Of a DNA stretch of 64,000 nt, positions 45,482 through 56,241 are shown in pieces (the stretch's first letter is position 1; the number at the start of each line of letters is the position of its first letter). The stretch lies in IMG/VR virus record IMGVR_UViG_3300033069_001711, positions 13,946-77,945 of that record; one strand, written 5' to 3'. Under the pieces are notes generated by a model, which saw nothing but the letters and a program-made list of their open reading frames with translations, did no database searches and had not been told where the DNA came from. This DNA comes from a virus (taxonomy: Duplodnaviria > Caudoviricetes). The position numbers were made by a program, and so were the translations under genes.

Positions 45482-46957
45482 TTGGCCGGAGATAGATTTA
45501 GCAAACACGACACCAAACACATCTCCGAAGGCCGCTATGCTGAGGTGATGCATGCTAGGGCTGCATTTCACGATCAAGATGGTGCGCTTCCCAGTTTTGT
45601 TAGAATGGTCGTGTTGGATGTAATCAGTGATCCATCGACGCTCGATAAGATCAAACTTTCACACTACGAGCATGAATTAGGTGTAGGAAACATTGGTTAT
45701 GCATCTGTAGCTCCTCGAAATAGCATCATCGCAAGGCGTGTTATGGGGCCAGGAATTAGCGCCTCAGAAAAGGTGATGGTTCTTTATCCATTCTTTCCAC
45801 CTCATCTTTCGTTACCTGCCAAACCTGGAGAACACGTCTGGGCGATGTTTGAACACCCAGGAGCCAAATCCAATGATTTGGGCTATTGGATGTGTAAGAT
45901 TGTACAGCCTAATTTCGTAGAAGATGTCAATCACACCCACGCCGATCGACAATTTGATCAATCATTTTTACCCGGGTTGACTGATGCTTTTGAAGGCACT
46001 GATGATCCAAAATACGAATTTCGAAATGGCGCTGTTGACGAAAAAGACGGAAACCGTTACGCAATTCCCGAAACAGCTAGTTTGCCAGAAGATGAAAAGG
46101 CATATGAAAAACTGCTGACAAAGTCAGATGCTAGCAAAATTACAAAGTACGAATCTGTTCCGCGTTTTCGAAAAAGGCCAGCAGATATAGCATTTGAAGG
46201 ATCAAATAACACACTAATCGTGTTAGGAACCGATCGGTCGGGGCCTTTGGCGGAATATGAGCCAGATCCATTCAACGGTCAAGTTCCAAAACCCGTTGAA
46301 GATGATGTTCAAGATGATGGTGCCGGGACTATCGATTTGGTCGCTGGCCGCGGCCAAACAGAGGTGACCGGCGGAAAAACTGTCGAGAGTACATTGATTG
46401 GAGGAGGTACTTTCAATAAAGAAATTGGCAAGAGCAAGAAAGATCTTGCTGCCAAAGAAGGTGATGTCGACTTTAAGACAGATAGAAGTCGTGTTATCAT
46501 TCAACAACGCGTTCCAGTCGACAAAAGATTTGAGCTCACTGAATACAATTCCGGAACTAAGATTGGTTCTGGTGTCAAAGATCTGGGCAACGGCGATGGT
46601 GCTGTCGTCATTAAAACAGACAAAGTTCGTATCATTGCCAGGTCAGACGTGCAATTGTTAGTTGAGGGTTCAGAAGACAGAGATGAAAAGGGCAATTTGA
46701 AGCCCGGTACTGATTCTTCAAAGTGGGCCTCCATCACGATCAAAGCAAATGGAGATGTCGTAATTGTACCTGCTGAGAAGGGCATTTTGAAACTTGGGGG
46801 CGACGATGCTGATCTAGCACCTCTGTGTACAAGAGTCAACAATAAAGGCGCCGAAGGACAAGTCACAGCAGCACCAATCGTTGACACAATGGCCGGCACC
46901 CAAGGTGGCGCCGATGGCTTAAACGGAACATATCCACGCAAAATTTTAATGAAGTGA
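45482..46957 (+). CDS. putative baseplate hub/spike protein (gp5/VgrG-like)
   Basis: N-terminal YPFFPPHLSLPAKPGEHVWAMFE (OB-fold-like) followed by beta-repeat segments (GAVVIKTDKVRIIAR, SITIKANGDVVI, LKLGG); first gene of the baseplate cluster. Confidence 0.55.
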   Translation: MAGDRFSKHDTKHISEGRYAEVMHARAAFHDQDGALPSFVRMVVLDVISDPSTLDKIKLSHYEHELGVGNIGYASVAPRNSIIARRVMGPGISASEKVMVLYPFFPPHLSLPAKPGEHVWAMFEHPGAKSNDLGYWMCKIVQPNFVEDVNHTHADRQFDQSFLPGLTDAFEGTDDPKYEFRNGAVDEKDGNRYAIPETASLPEDEKAYEKLLTKSDASKITKYESVPRFRKRPADIAFEGSNNTLIVLGTDRSGPLAEYEPDPFNGQVPKPVEDDVQDDGAGTIDLVAGRGQTEVTGGKTVESTLIGGGTFNKEIGKSKKDLAAKEGDVDFKTDRSRVIIQQRVPVDKRFELTEYNSGTKIGSGVKDLGNGDGAVVIKTDKVRIIARSDVQLLVEGSEDRDEKGNLKPGTDSSKWASITIKANGDVVIVPAEKGILKLGGDDADLAPLCTRVNNKGAEGQVTAAPIVDTMAGTQGGADGLNGTYPRKILMK

Positions 46958-46960
46958 CTT

Positions 46961-47887
46961 ATGGCAGGACCTTACGGTGGCATTTTAACAGGTGTGGGGC
47001 TCATTTCAGGTGGGAAACTCACCAACAAAGCACGTGATTCCTATGTTAACGAAGTTTTAGCTTTGTTGGCAACTGGTAATGCTGACGGCCAAGGCGGATC
47101 ACCCACCACAAAAATCTTCAGCAGTCTAATACCATTACCCCCAGTACCCGGGCCGACAATATTCAATGTCACCACGTTGACTCAGGAGAAACTATTCTGG
47201 TTCGATCCAGATCCTTTAGCAACAACAATGGCTTTGTTGATGAAGGACAAAGAAAAAACGCCCATATGGAATGCGATATTTCCTGACTTGCTCTATGCAA
47301 AGACAGCCGAAGCACTCGATGCAAATGGCTCGACGCCTCTGTTCCCCCTCTTTGACGTCTCATGTGCATTTCCAGACCTGGAAGGATTTCCAATTCCGAT
47401 ACCAGATCTTGCGATCAAAGCTGGTTTCATGCCTCCTCCAAAATTGTTGATCAAACTGGCTGATTTGGGGATCAAATTGTCACCTCCTTCATTGCCAATT
47501 CCTCCGATTCCGCCGTCATTACCGAATTTTCTCCCAAACGTTCCGGGACTGACGCTGCCAGGTTTACCTGCGTTAGCATTGCCAGAATTGTTGATAGGTC
47601 TCATCAAGTTGCCATTTGATTTGTTGGTAAAGTTAGCAATTCCTGACGTAGGACTGATTCTTGATCTATTGTCTTTCAAATTTGACGCCGTTTTCAACCT
47701 AGCTTTTGATCTTGTCGTCAAATTGTTGCAACCTTTGATTCCGATTGTTCCTAAAATCATCATTGCATCGATTCTCATTTATCTCAAGGACGTTGTTGCA
47801 ATGGTTATTGTTGACATTGTGGGTCTCATCATCGGTGCCGGCGGCGCGGCGACCAAATTAGTCGCTGGGGCGACAGGTTTAATTTAA
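46961..47887 (+). CDS. Pro/Leu/Ile-rich hydrophobic protein in the baseplate cluster
   Basis: PPSLPIPPIPPSLPNFLPNVPGLTLPGLPALALP followed by long amphipathic/hydrophobic helices. Confidence 0.7.
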   Translation: MAGPYGGILTGVGLISGGKLTNKARDSYVNEVLALLATGNADGQGGSPTTKIFSSLIPLPPVPGPTIFNVTTLTQEKLFWFDPDPLATTMALLMKDKEKTPIWNAIFPDLLYAKTAEALDANGSTPLFPLFDVSCAFPDLEGFPIPIPDLAIKAGFMPPPKLLIKLADLGIKLSPPSLPIPPIPPSLPNFLPNVPGLTLPGLPALALPELLIGLIKLPFDLLVKLAIPDVGLILDLLSFKFDAVFNLAFDLVVKLLQPLIPIVPKIIIASILIYLKDVVAMVIVDIVGLIIGAGGAATKLVAGATGLI

Positions 47888-47905
47888 GCCTAGATAGAGA
47901 CAGCC

Positions 47906-48370
47906 ATGGCGTCATTCAGTTTCAAATCATCGGGTATTACCCAGGCTGATACAGTTGAAAACGAATTAACTGTCACTGCCTTACCAATCGGAATTAGAAC
48001 GCCTCTGTCATTGGGAGATAATGACCTTCTACAAACTTCAACTGATATTGCTACGCAATTAACAGACAATCTTCGAAACTTGATTTTGACAAATTGGGGT
48101 GAAAGATTGGGTTTTTACGATTTTGGTGCCAACTTGAGGCCACTAATGTCTGATCTTGTTTCGCAAGATGATTTTGATGCCGAAGCAATTGATCGAATTA
48201 AAACCGCCGTCTCTCGCTGGATGCCATACATTGAGTTACAAGATTTCATGTCAGTTACTGACAGAAATGAAAATACAAACACCGCCGTCATCAGATTGAC
48301 CATCACGTTCAACGTTCCTGGCATTAACGTTGTTGGACGAAAACTTCAAGTGACCTTATACGCAATCTGA
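47906..48370 (+). CDS. baseplate wedge subunit, gp25/GPW-like
   Basis: QLTDNLRNLILTNWGERLGFYDFGANLRPLM...IKTAVSRWMPYIEL. Confidence 0.92.
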   Translation: MASFSFKSSGITQADTVENELTVTALPIGIRTPLSLGDNDLLQTSTDIATQLTDNLRNLILTNWGERLGFYDFGANLRPLMSDLVSQDDFDAEAIDRIKTAVSRWMPYIELQDFMSVTDRNENTNTAVIRLTITFNVPGINVVGRKLQVTLYAI

Positions 48371-48393
48371 TACCGGGCTATTTATAGACAAAA

Positions 48394-50238
48394 ATGACAC
48401 TCAAACGAGACGACATCAAGGCAGTCCGCCAAAGAAAATATTTGGCTCGCGATTTCGATTCGCTTCGTGCGAATCTGTTAGAATATGCTCAGGCATATTA
48501 CCCTGATCGAATTCGCGACTTCAGCGAATCAAGTTTAGGAGGTCTGTTCTTAGACTTCGCCGCGTACGTAGGCGACAACATGTCGTTCTATCTAGATCAT
48601 CAATATGGTGAACTAAATGCGGATACAGCTGTTGAACCCGCCAATATTCAACGACAGTTAGAGGGTTCAGGGGTTCCCATCGTCGGAGCCTCGCCCGCTC
48701 TTGTTCCTTTGACTATTTACGTTGAAGTTCCTGCGGTGACAGTGTCAGGCATCACTCAACCACATCCCGAAGCGTTGCCAATCGTCAAGTCAAATTCAAG
48801 TTTCATAGCCAACAATGGTGTCATCTTCAATTTGCTCGAAGACGTTGATTACACCTCAACAAGATCTGACGGCACACTGCTAGCCGACGTCAAAGTAGGA
48901 ACAAAAAGTTCAAGCGGCAACATTCAATCATACATCATGGCCTTGACAGGTTTGTGTATTTCCGGACTTGAGACTACGGAAAATATCATTGTTGGATCCG
49001 CATTCAATCCATTCAATAAGATCACACTTCAAAATGCACACGTTTCAGAAATCATTTCTGTCACCGATCTGTTAGGAAACATCTACTATCAGGTTGGTGC
49101 TTTGACACACGATGTTGTTTTTCAAAATGTCCTAAATACCAATAAGGACAATGAACTAGTTCCAGACACTATTAAGGTGATTCCGGTTCCATATCGTTAC
49201 ATCACATCGGTGGATTTGTCAAGTCGAAGGACTACGCTAACTTTTGGCGGTGGCAATGCAGAATCATTGCAAGATGACATCATTCCTGACCCATCTAGTT
49301 TTGCTATTTCGTTTCCATACACTCGTACTTTTTCTCGAATTCCGGTCAACCCACAGCAACTTTTGTCTACGACGACATTAGGCATTGCCGCGGCGGGCAC
49401 CACTTATTCTATCACCTATCGTTATGGTGGTGGGCTAAATCACAACGTAGGCCCAAATAACATTCAAACAGTGAACGTTATCAACGTCTTCTTCCCAGGC
49501 AATCCACAACCACAAGTTGCGGCTGCTGTTCGAAATAGCATTGAAGTCAATAATAGAGTACAAGCTTCTGGTGGCGAGGACGCTCCGAGTGCAGATGATC
49601 TTAAAGCATTGATACCGTCAATCAAAAATTCCCAAGAACGAATTGTTACTCGTGAAGATCTACTTGCACGAGTCTATACCATTCCTTCAAATTTTGGTCG
49701 TGTGTTTAGGGCGGCTATTCGATCAAATCCTAACAACCCACTAGCGACGCAGCTATACATTGTTTCACGTGACACCAACAGTCGCTTGATCACTTCTCCT
49801 GACACTTTGAAAAACAATTTAGTCAAATACTTGAATCCATACAGAATGATCAGTGATGCAATTGATGTTCTAGATGCTCGAGTTGTCAATCTGACTTTTA
49901 CGTTCGATGTATTGATCGATCCGTCATTGAATCGAACCATCGTGATTCAAAATGTTCTGACTAAACTCAACAAGTATTTCAACATCAATAACTTTCACAT
50001 CGATCAACCGATCGTTTTGTCTGATTTGTCAAACATCATATTTTCCGTTCCGGGAATAGTGTCAATCAATCAATTACGATTTGATAACATTTCCGGTGTC
50101 GTAGCCAATCGACAATACAGTAATGTTACGTTTGACGTCAATTCAAACACTCGATTGGGCCTCATTTTTCCACCGGTGGGAGGAATTTTTGAGGTTCGTT
50201 ATGCTGACGTCGATCTTGTGGGTAAAGCATCAGTCTGA
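48394..50238 (+). CDS. baseplate wedge subunit, gp6/baseplate-J-like
   Basis: YLARDFDSLR..L...AQAYYP....DFSESSLG..FLD..AYVGD.MSFYLD; YRYGGGLNHNV; ASGGED; QERIVTREDL; LNPYRMISD. Confidence 0.92.
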   Translation: MTLKRDDIKAVRQRKYLARDFDSLRANLLEYAQAYYPDRIRDFSESSLGGLFLDFAAYVGDNMSFYLDHQYGELNADTAVEPANIQRQLEGSGVPIVGASPALVPLTIYVEVPAVTVSGITQPHPEALPIVKSNSSFIANNGVIFNLLEDVDYTSTRSDGTLLADVKVGTKSSSGNIQSYIMALTGLCISGLETTENIIVGSAFNPFNKITLQNAHVSEIISVTDLLGNIYYQVGALTHDVVFQNVLNTNKDNELVPDTIKVIPVPYRYITSVDLSSRRTTLTFGGGNAESLQDDIIPDPSSFAISFPYTRTFSRIPVNPQQLLSTTTLGIAAAGTTYSITYRYGGGLNHNVGPNNIQTVNVINVFFPGNPQPQVAAAVRNSIEVNNRVQASGGEDAPSADDLKALIPSIKNSQERIVTREDLLARVYTIPSNFGRVFRAAIRSNPNNPLATQLYIVSRDTNSRLITSPDTLKNNLVKYLNPYRMISDAIDVLDARVVNLTFTFDVLIDPSLNRTIVIQNVLTKLNKYFNINNFHIDQPIVLSDLSNIIFSVPGIVSINQLRFDNISGVVANRQYSNVTFDVNSNTRLGLIFPPVGGIFEVRYADVDLVGKASV

Positions 50239-50251
50239 AAGATAACGTTCA

Positions 50252-51769
50252 ATGTTTAAAATCCTTCGACCAAGCAAAGATGCTTACATCACAAATCGAG
50301 TTGTCAATGATGATCAACAGGTTTATGGTAACGTAGGAGGAGCAGGATCTCTTGATCTCTTCAAACTTTACGGCATTACATCAACAGACGACGTTCCAAA
50401 TACAGAACTATCACGACTACTCATCAAGTTTGATTTATCATCGCTTCAAGAACTTGTAGAATCTGGTCAAGTTGACACCAACAGTCCGACTTTTTCTTGC
50501 AAACTTCGATTACATGACGTTTATGGTGGGCAACCCACGCCTTCAAATTTCGTAGTATCTGCCTATCCTTTGTCTGCTTCATTTGACGAAGGTCTAGGCC
50601 GTGACGTCATTTTTTACTCAGACATTGATACCTGCAATTGGTTGAGCGGGTCATACGTCGAGGGAGCATGGTACGTAACTGGCTGTGGTGGCCGCGGGCA
50701 TGAAAATAGTGCTTGTGATTATATCACTGCGTCAGCAGCCATTAAATCAGGTGCATCGCTCAGATCCGATCAAACTTTCACTCTTGGAACTGAAGATCTT
50801 GACATTGACGTAACTACGATCGTGTCTGCGACACTTTCTGGATTGTTGCCAGATGAAGGTTTCAGAATATCATTTTCTGAAGCTATAGAGACAGATTTAC
50901 GTACGTACTACGTAAAACGATTCGCTAGTCGAACTGCATTCAACGAAGATCTTCGACCTAAAATTTACGTTCGATATGATGACTCTGTGCAGGATGACAC
51001 TAATGATTTGTACATGGATGCACAAAGTTATTTGTTCATGTACAATTACGTACGTTCAGCGGGTGCCAATATCATGTCTAGTTCAACCGAAATAACCGGT
51101 TCGAACAGTTTGATGTTACGATTACAAACGCAAATTTCGGGTGGCTCGTTATCACTGTATTTTACGGGCTCACAACACTATTCCGGAATCAATCCCCAGA
51201 CAGGCATCTATTCTGCGTCTGTGTTGATTCCATCAACCCATCCTCTCTTAATTCCCCAGTGGCATGCCTCAGGCTCTCTTACTTTCACTCCAATTTGGCA
51301 ATCATTGGATGGTTCTGTTCCATTTTTGACAGGAAGTTCAATCACTGTTCGACCTCCGATGCGCGGCGCACAGTCGCTCGGTCCTAAACGATTAGTTGTC
51401 ACCTCTCTGGGCCTTCGGGACGCGCATCGTCAAGACGAACAAAGTGTCATTAGGATCAATATTTTTGATCATACATCACCTATGACTTTCACGCCTGTCA
51501 AAGTTCCAACAGAAATACCCGGAATTTCTGTTCGAGACGTTCATTATCAGATTCGAGATGCTATCACTGATCGCATTGCCATTCCTTTCGATCTTGCAAC
51601 CAATTCTACAAGACTGTCTAATGACACCGCTGGCATGTATTTCAAACTAGACATGTCTAACTTAACTCCGGGCAGATCATACGTGATTGACGTCATGGTT
51701 GTCACGGCTAATAACCAACAATTGTATAAGGCTACATCGCCACCATTCAATGTGGACGCCGTGGCGTAG
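50252..51769 (+). CDS. baseplate-associated structural protein (DNRLRE-like carbohydrate-binding fold possible)
   Basis: KDAYIT...SRLLIKFDLS...LRLHDV...AYPLSASFDEGLG...F.SR.....RPKI.V..DD pattern. Confidence 0.55.
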   Translation: MFKILRPSKDAYITNRVVNDDQQVYGNVGGAGSLDLFKLYGITSTDDVPNTELSRLLIKFDLSSLQELVESGQVDTNSPTFSCKLRLHDVYGGQPTPSNFVVSAYPLSASFDEGLGRDVIFYSDIDTCNWLSGSYVEGAWYVTGCGGRGHENSACDYITASAAIKSGASLRSDQTFTLGTEDLDIDVTTIVSATLSGLLPDEGFRISFSEAIETDLRTYYVKRFASRTAFNEDLRPKIYVRYDDSVQDDTNDLYMDAQSYLFMYNYVRSAGANIMSSSTEITGSNSLMLRLQTQISGGSLSLYFTGSQHYSGINPQTGIYSASVLIPSTHPLLIPQWHASGSLTFTPIWQSLDGSVPFLTGSSITVRPPMRGAQSLGPKRLVVTSLGLRDAHRQDEQSVIRINIFDHTSPMTFTPVKVPTEIPGISVRDVHYQIRDAITDRIAIPFDLATNSTRLSNDTAGMYFKLDMSNLTPGRSYVIDVMVVTANNQQLYKATSPPFNVDAVA

Positions 51770-51802
51770 AGTTTGATACGTAGACTCTGAGGTCCACGCC
51801 GC

Positions 51803-54800
51803 ATGGCAATCAATAAGCCCAATCCATATGTCCCTTCATTTTTGAGGACAGCTGTGTCCGGTAGCAGGCCAATTGTCCTAAGTTGGGGCGACGTCGCGGA
51901 CACAAACATTCTGTCAACTTCATCTTTTGCGTACGAACCGCAATCTTTTCCGATGAAGTCCAGTCAACAATTGAACGTTGACTGGGAAAAATTTGAAAAT
52001 CACACATTTTTCATGTCAGCTGAAGCAAAGGTTAACCTTGCTTTTGATGCCATCATTAATGGTTTTCCATTTGATGGAACACGACAAGAAACAGAAGCTT
52101 TCTTTGAAAAATTACCCGGCTTTGAAAAATGGGTCTTTGACAATTTCCCATCATATAGAGGCGAACTACATTTTTCAGGTACGCAGGTTGGCGAAGACAC
52201 CAATGGAACTTTAGGAACATTCATTCAAGTACAGAACAAAACCGGTGTTTTGTTTCCAGAGTTGGCCAAAGAGAGTTCAGCAGCACAAGTTTTGAATCCA
52301 ACGGGATCAAATTCTCTTACGTTAGAAATGCAACTTTTTCTGCCAGCACAGGCAAATGACATTCAAGTAGTTTGTCAGATGCAATCTGGGTCCACACAGG
52401 GTTTTACTTTCTATCTTGCGTCTACAGTTTCAACAACGACAGCAACTGGTTGGTTTGTCACTGTCAATAGCGGCAGTTACATGAGTGTGCCTGTTCAGTT
52501 GACCAAAGGCCAGTTCAATCATGTAGCGTTGACACTAAATCGTGATCAAGGCGTTCCATATCTTGAGTCATTCTTCAACGGAGAACACGTAGCTGATTCT
52601 TCGACAAGCGTTGACATCGGAGACATGGACATCGATGCGGCTAGCCTCATTATCGGAAGTGGTTCAACCATTCAGATGGGTTCTTCAACGGTGGTACCTC
52701 GACAAACTTTGTCTGGTAGCATTGATGAATTTAGGGTCTTTCACTCTTCGAGAACGACAAAACAATTAGCGACTTATGCTAAACGTCCACTTTATGCAAC
52801 CACTGAACTAGTTCTCTACTATCGATTCAACGAGCCGGCTCCTCCCATCGTTGAAGATTCAACAAGCAATATTAACTCTATTGTGCTGGATTCTAGTGGC
52901 AATTCACTACATTCTCTGATTTCCAATTTCACGGGAAGCTTGAGGATTAATGCCGCAGAAAATCCTCTAAATCCGATGACATATGAACGGTCAGAGACAG
53001 CGCCCGTGCTCTTTCCTTCATACCCAGACACTATCGCTTTCAACCTAGAATTGTTAGCTAGTGCTAGTGCGTACGATCAAGAAAATCCCAATCTCATCAC
53101 TCGATTAATTCCTCAACATTATCTCCTAGAAGGCGCCCAAAAAGACGGATTTGAAGAGCTTGAGGGACTTGCAAATCAACCATACGCAGGCGACGGAATT
53201 CCTGGCCAAGGGCAGATGGGAAATGTACAGATCCTGGTTTCGTTGCTGTATATTTGGGCAAGATTTTTTGATGATGTCAAGCTGTTTATCGATTCATTCA
53301 GTACGTTGAGAACTGTCGATTATGACACCAATGATACGGTACCAGACAATTTTCTTCTTGATTTAGTCAAAAGTTATGGGTTTCATCTCCCACCTCTCTT
53401 CAATGATTCGACCTTAGAACAGTACGTCCGCGGGGAAAATGTTGATCTACGTGACATCACCATTAATGAACAATCATTGCGAGCTGTACAAAGTTCTCTA
53501 CTACGAAGAGTTTTGATCAATTTGCCTGATGTCCTAAAATCAAAAGGCACTCAACACAGTATCAAATCATTCTTGCGTGCTGTTGGTATCGACCCGGGTA
53601 ACAACGTTAGGATCAGAGAATTTGGTGGTCCAACTACACAACAATTGTCTTTTTCTCGTGAATCAAAAATTGAACCGGGCACGATGGTTCAATTCACCAC
53701 CGGTAGCAAGGTGGTTTCACCATTCCTAACAGCATCAAGATACGAACCTGGCTTTCCCAACATCGTTGGAACATTTGTTCAAGCTGATAGATTTCCACCT
53801 CAAGGTATCAGCAACAATCGAAGCGACGGCTTGTTGACTTCGGGCTCATGGACTTGGGAAGGAATTGTAAAATACACTCCCGTCGACACTAGCATGATGT
53901 TAAATGCGACACAATCTTTCGTTAGATTGTGCACTACGGGTTCATTACCCGGTAATGCTACTGGCAGTTCCGGAATTGTGGCTAATTTGATTGCTGTTTC
54001 ATCGTCAATGACGACTTTGGGAAATGGCCCGAAATTAGGCCTCTACATTCGTCCAGGGGATTCAGCCACTGCACCGATGCTTCATCTTGAGCTTTCTCCT
54101 CCGATGCCAGGAATCTTTGGGTTCGATCGTTGGAATGTTAGTTTTGGTTGTCAACGCGGCGATGATGGATTGAATAGTCCTGTTTCCTCATCGTACTTCT
54201 TACGTCTTGCATATCAAAATGATGGTCGGATTGAATTCATGCAGACGACTGCGTCTTATTTTGAAGAAGCAGTGACCGGTAATCACGTGCTTCGTAAGCA
54301 AAATGCGGTGACTAATGCTTCCGGAAGCTTTCTCTCATTTGGCACAGGACAAATCATTAGTTCCGGAACAGGAGTCAATTACCCTCACCTCAATGATATT
54401 TCTGTGGCCCCTGCTGAAGCACGAGTGACGGATTTTAATGGCCGCATGTCTAACGTCAGGTTTTGGTCGCAGGCACTGACTGAGACTGAATGGAAAGAAC
54501 ACGTTAGAAACTACAATTCAGTTGGCGTTGAAGATCCATTGGTCAATTGGAATTACGTGTCAACTCGAACCGGGTCATTTGGCAAATTACGAATGAATGC
54601 CATGACTAGACAAGACACACGTGAAGCTGTGTCAACCGCTAGTTTGGGAGTTGCAACAGGCAGTATCGTCTTCATCGATTTTAGCGAAAATGGATTTCAC
54701 TTGACGGGATCAAATTTCCCAATCGAACAAGACGTCGTAGTGGGTGAAATATTTGACTTGAGTTACCTCAGTCCGTATTTTGACGAAGCTTCAAATGATG

Positions 54801-55333
54801 AAAAGATTCGAATTCGTAGCTATCAAAATCAAGATTTGATTGATGCAACACCATGGGCACAGACAGCGCCTGTCTATGAACTGGTCAAGAGTGAACAACC
54901 AACCGATGATGTCAGATTTGCTATTGAATTTTCATTGATTGATGCACTCAATCGAGACATAGTAACTATGTTTTCAACGATGGACGCTATGGATAACGCC
55001 TTGGGCGCGCCGGAACTCGTCTTTTCTCCCGATTATCCCGACCTCGACAGATTACGTCTCATCTATTTCAATCGCATTAAAGAAAAACTGAATTTTCAAG
55101 CCTTCTTTGAATTCTACAGATGGTTCGATAACTCAATCGGTACCTTCATTCAACAGTTGGTTCCTCGAAAAACTCGTTTCAAGGGTACAAATTTTACAGT
55201 TGAATCACACATGCTTGAACGTGCGAAACAAGAATATCTCTACAGCGAGATATACGTGGGTGAATCAAATCGTACTAACCTCAATTCGGTATTGCTGTTA
55301 CAACAGATTGCCGGCTCAGCGAAAAAATACTGA
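51803..55333 (+). CDS. large baseplate wedge/tail protein (gp7/P2-I-like) with LamG/concanavalin-like domains
   Basis: FNHVALT...LSGSIDEFRVF...LVLYYRFNE (LamG); LLRRVLINLPDVLKSKGTQHSIKSFLRAVGI (gp7/P2-I-like KGT motif); second LamG-like MSNVRFWSQAL. Confidence 0.7.
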   Translation: MAINKPNPYVPSFLRTAVSGSRPIVLSWGDVADTNILSTSSFAYEPQSFPMKSSQQLNVDWEKFENHTFFMSAEAKVNLAFDAIINGFPFDGTRQETEAFFEKLPGFEKWVFDNFPSYRGELHFSGTQVGEDTNGTLGTFIQVQNKTGVLFPELAKESSAAQVLNPTGSNSLTLEMQLFLPAQANDIQVVCQMQSGSTQGFTFYLASTVSTTTATGWFVTVNSGSYMSVPVQLTKGQFNHVALTLNRDQGVPYLESFFNGEHVADSSTSVDIGDMDIDAASLIIGSGSTIQMGSSTVVPRQTLSGSIDEFRVFHSSRTTKQLATYAKRPLYATTELVLYYRFNEPAPPIVEDSTSNINSIVLDSSGNSLHSLISNFTGSLRINAAENPLNPMTYERSETAPVLFPSYPDTIAFNLELLASASAYDQENPNLITRLIPQHYLLEGAQKDGFEELEGLANQPYAGDGIPGQGQMGNVQILVSLLYIWARFFDDVKLFIDSFSTLRTVDYDTNDTVPDNFLLDLVKSYGFHLPPLFNDSTLEQYVRGENVDLRDITINEQSLRAVQSSLLRRVLINLPDVLKSKGTQHSIKSFLRAVGIDPGNNVRIREFGGPTTQQLSFSRESKIEPGTMVQFTTGSKVVSPFLTASRYEPGFPNIVGTFVQADRFPPQGISNNRSDGLLTSGSWTWEGIVKYTPVDTSMMLNATQSFVRLCTTGSLPGNATGSSGIVANLIAVSSSMTTLGNGPKLGLYIRPGDSATAPMLHLELSPPMPGIFGFDRWNVSFGCQRGDDGLNSPVSSSYFLRLAYQNDGRIEFMQTTASYFEEAVTGNHVLRKQNAVTNASGSFLSFGTGQIISSGTGVNYPHLNDISVAPAEARVTDFNGRMSNVRFWSQALTETEWKEHVRNYNSVGVEDPLVNWNYVSTRTGSFGKLRMNAMTRQDTREAVSTASLGVATGSIVFIDFSENGFHLTGSNFPIEQDVVVGEIFDLSYLSPYFDEASNDEKIRIRSYQNQDLIDATPWAQTAPVYELVKSEQPTDDVRFAIEFSLIDALNRDIVTMFSTMDAMDNALGAPELVFSPDYPDLDRLRLIYFNRIKEKLNFQAFFEFYRWFDNSIGTFIQQLVPRKTRFKGTNFTVESHMLERAKQEYLYSEIYVGESNRTNLNSVLLLQQIAGSAKKY

Positions 55334-56241
55334 TGACTGAATTATTCACTTCTTCTACCGGTCTTCTAGGATCAAGAATTGCTGTCAATCGGTCTATTTT
55401 TTCTGCTGTCGCCGAAGCAGAAACTGTGTGTTTTGATGAAGGACCTCGGCCTTTAAACACTCGTGATCGCACAGTAAACAGCCTTTCTGGGTCTATAGAT
55501 ACGCGAGAAATTGATGCATACGCGCAAGGCGTTGAACTTTCGCAACAGCGTCGATATGATGCGGGCATTTTCAAAATTTGGGCGGGAGAACCTGGACATC
55601 AACTGCGCCGTAATAGATTCGGCATGGATCGTAATGATCGCCCAAGTAAAGCTTTTGCTGACGCTGATTTTTTCGATCCGGTGACATTCGTTGATGCTCA
55701 AGACGCAGCGTCTCCATTTTGGACGCCAATCTTTACGTTTCCAATCATCACTAGCGACAGTGATCAATCTGAAAACGAAAACTTCAACGGAGTAATTGAA
55801 CCGTTATCGATCAGAAAAGTAGCTAATTTCAGTTCAATCGATACACCTTTTGAAGCGCACGCTGTTAGGGGCGCATTTGGCAATGGAAACATTGACAAAC
55901 AAAATTCATCAGATCAAGTTGTTTCAATCTATGAATTCAGTGAAGATGAGCGCGAGATTGGATTCTTAGACCTGGTTGATCTCATCGCAGGCATCCCATT
56001 GAATGGATTCTTTGATGGAACGATGGCACACCTGGAACCATTTACGGATCGTCGTCTAGTTAGAAACACAGTCAGGTCGACGACCATGGAAAGCGATATG
56101 ACTGCTGCCTTGTCATTAATGACGGGATCAACTGATAACTACATCCAGCCAGGTTTTAGATCCGCTGTGTGTGGAAGAGATTATGATGGATCGACAGTCA
56201 ATGGAATTGATTCACTGGCTTTCGGAGGAATGACGTACTAA
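55333..56241 (+). CDS. hypothetical tail/baseplate protein
   Basis: 302-aa ORF coupled by single-base overlaps within the structural operon. Confidence 0.6.
   Translation: MTELFTSSTGLLGSRIAVNRSIFSAVAEAETVCFDEGPRPLNTRDRTVNSLSGSIDTREIDAYAQGVELSQQRRYDAGIFKIWAGEPGHQLRRNRFGMDRNDRPSKAFADADFFDPVTFVDAQDAASPFWTPIFTFPIITSDSDQSENENFNGVIEPLSIRKVANFSSIDTPFEAHAVRGAFGNGNIDKQNSSDQVVSIYEFSEDEREIGFLDLVDLIAGIPLNGFFDGTMAHLEPFTDRRLVRNTVRSTTMESDMTAALSLMTGSTDNYIQPGFRSAVCGRDYDGSTVNGIDSLAFGGMTY

Noticed and set aside
46501-47778. 146-aa and 161-aa minus-strand ORFs
   Set aside because: They are antisense shadows of the spike-like and Pro-rich genes; the Gly/Asn richness mirrors Pro/Ile codons.
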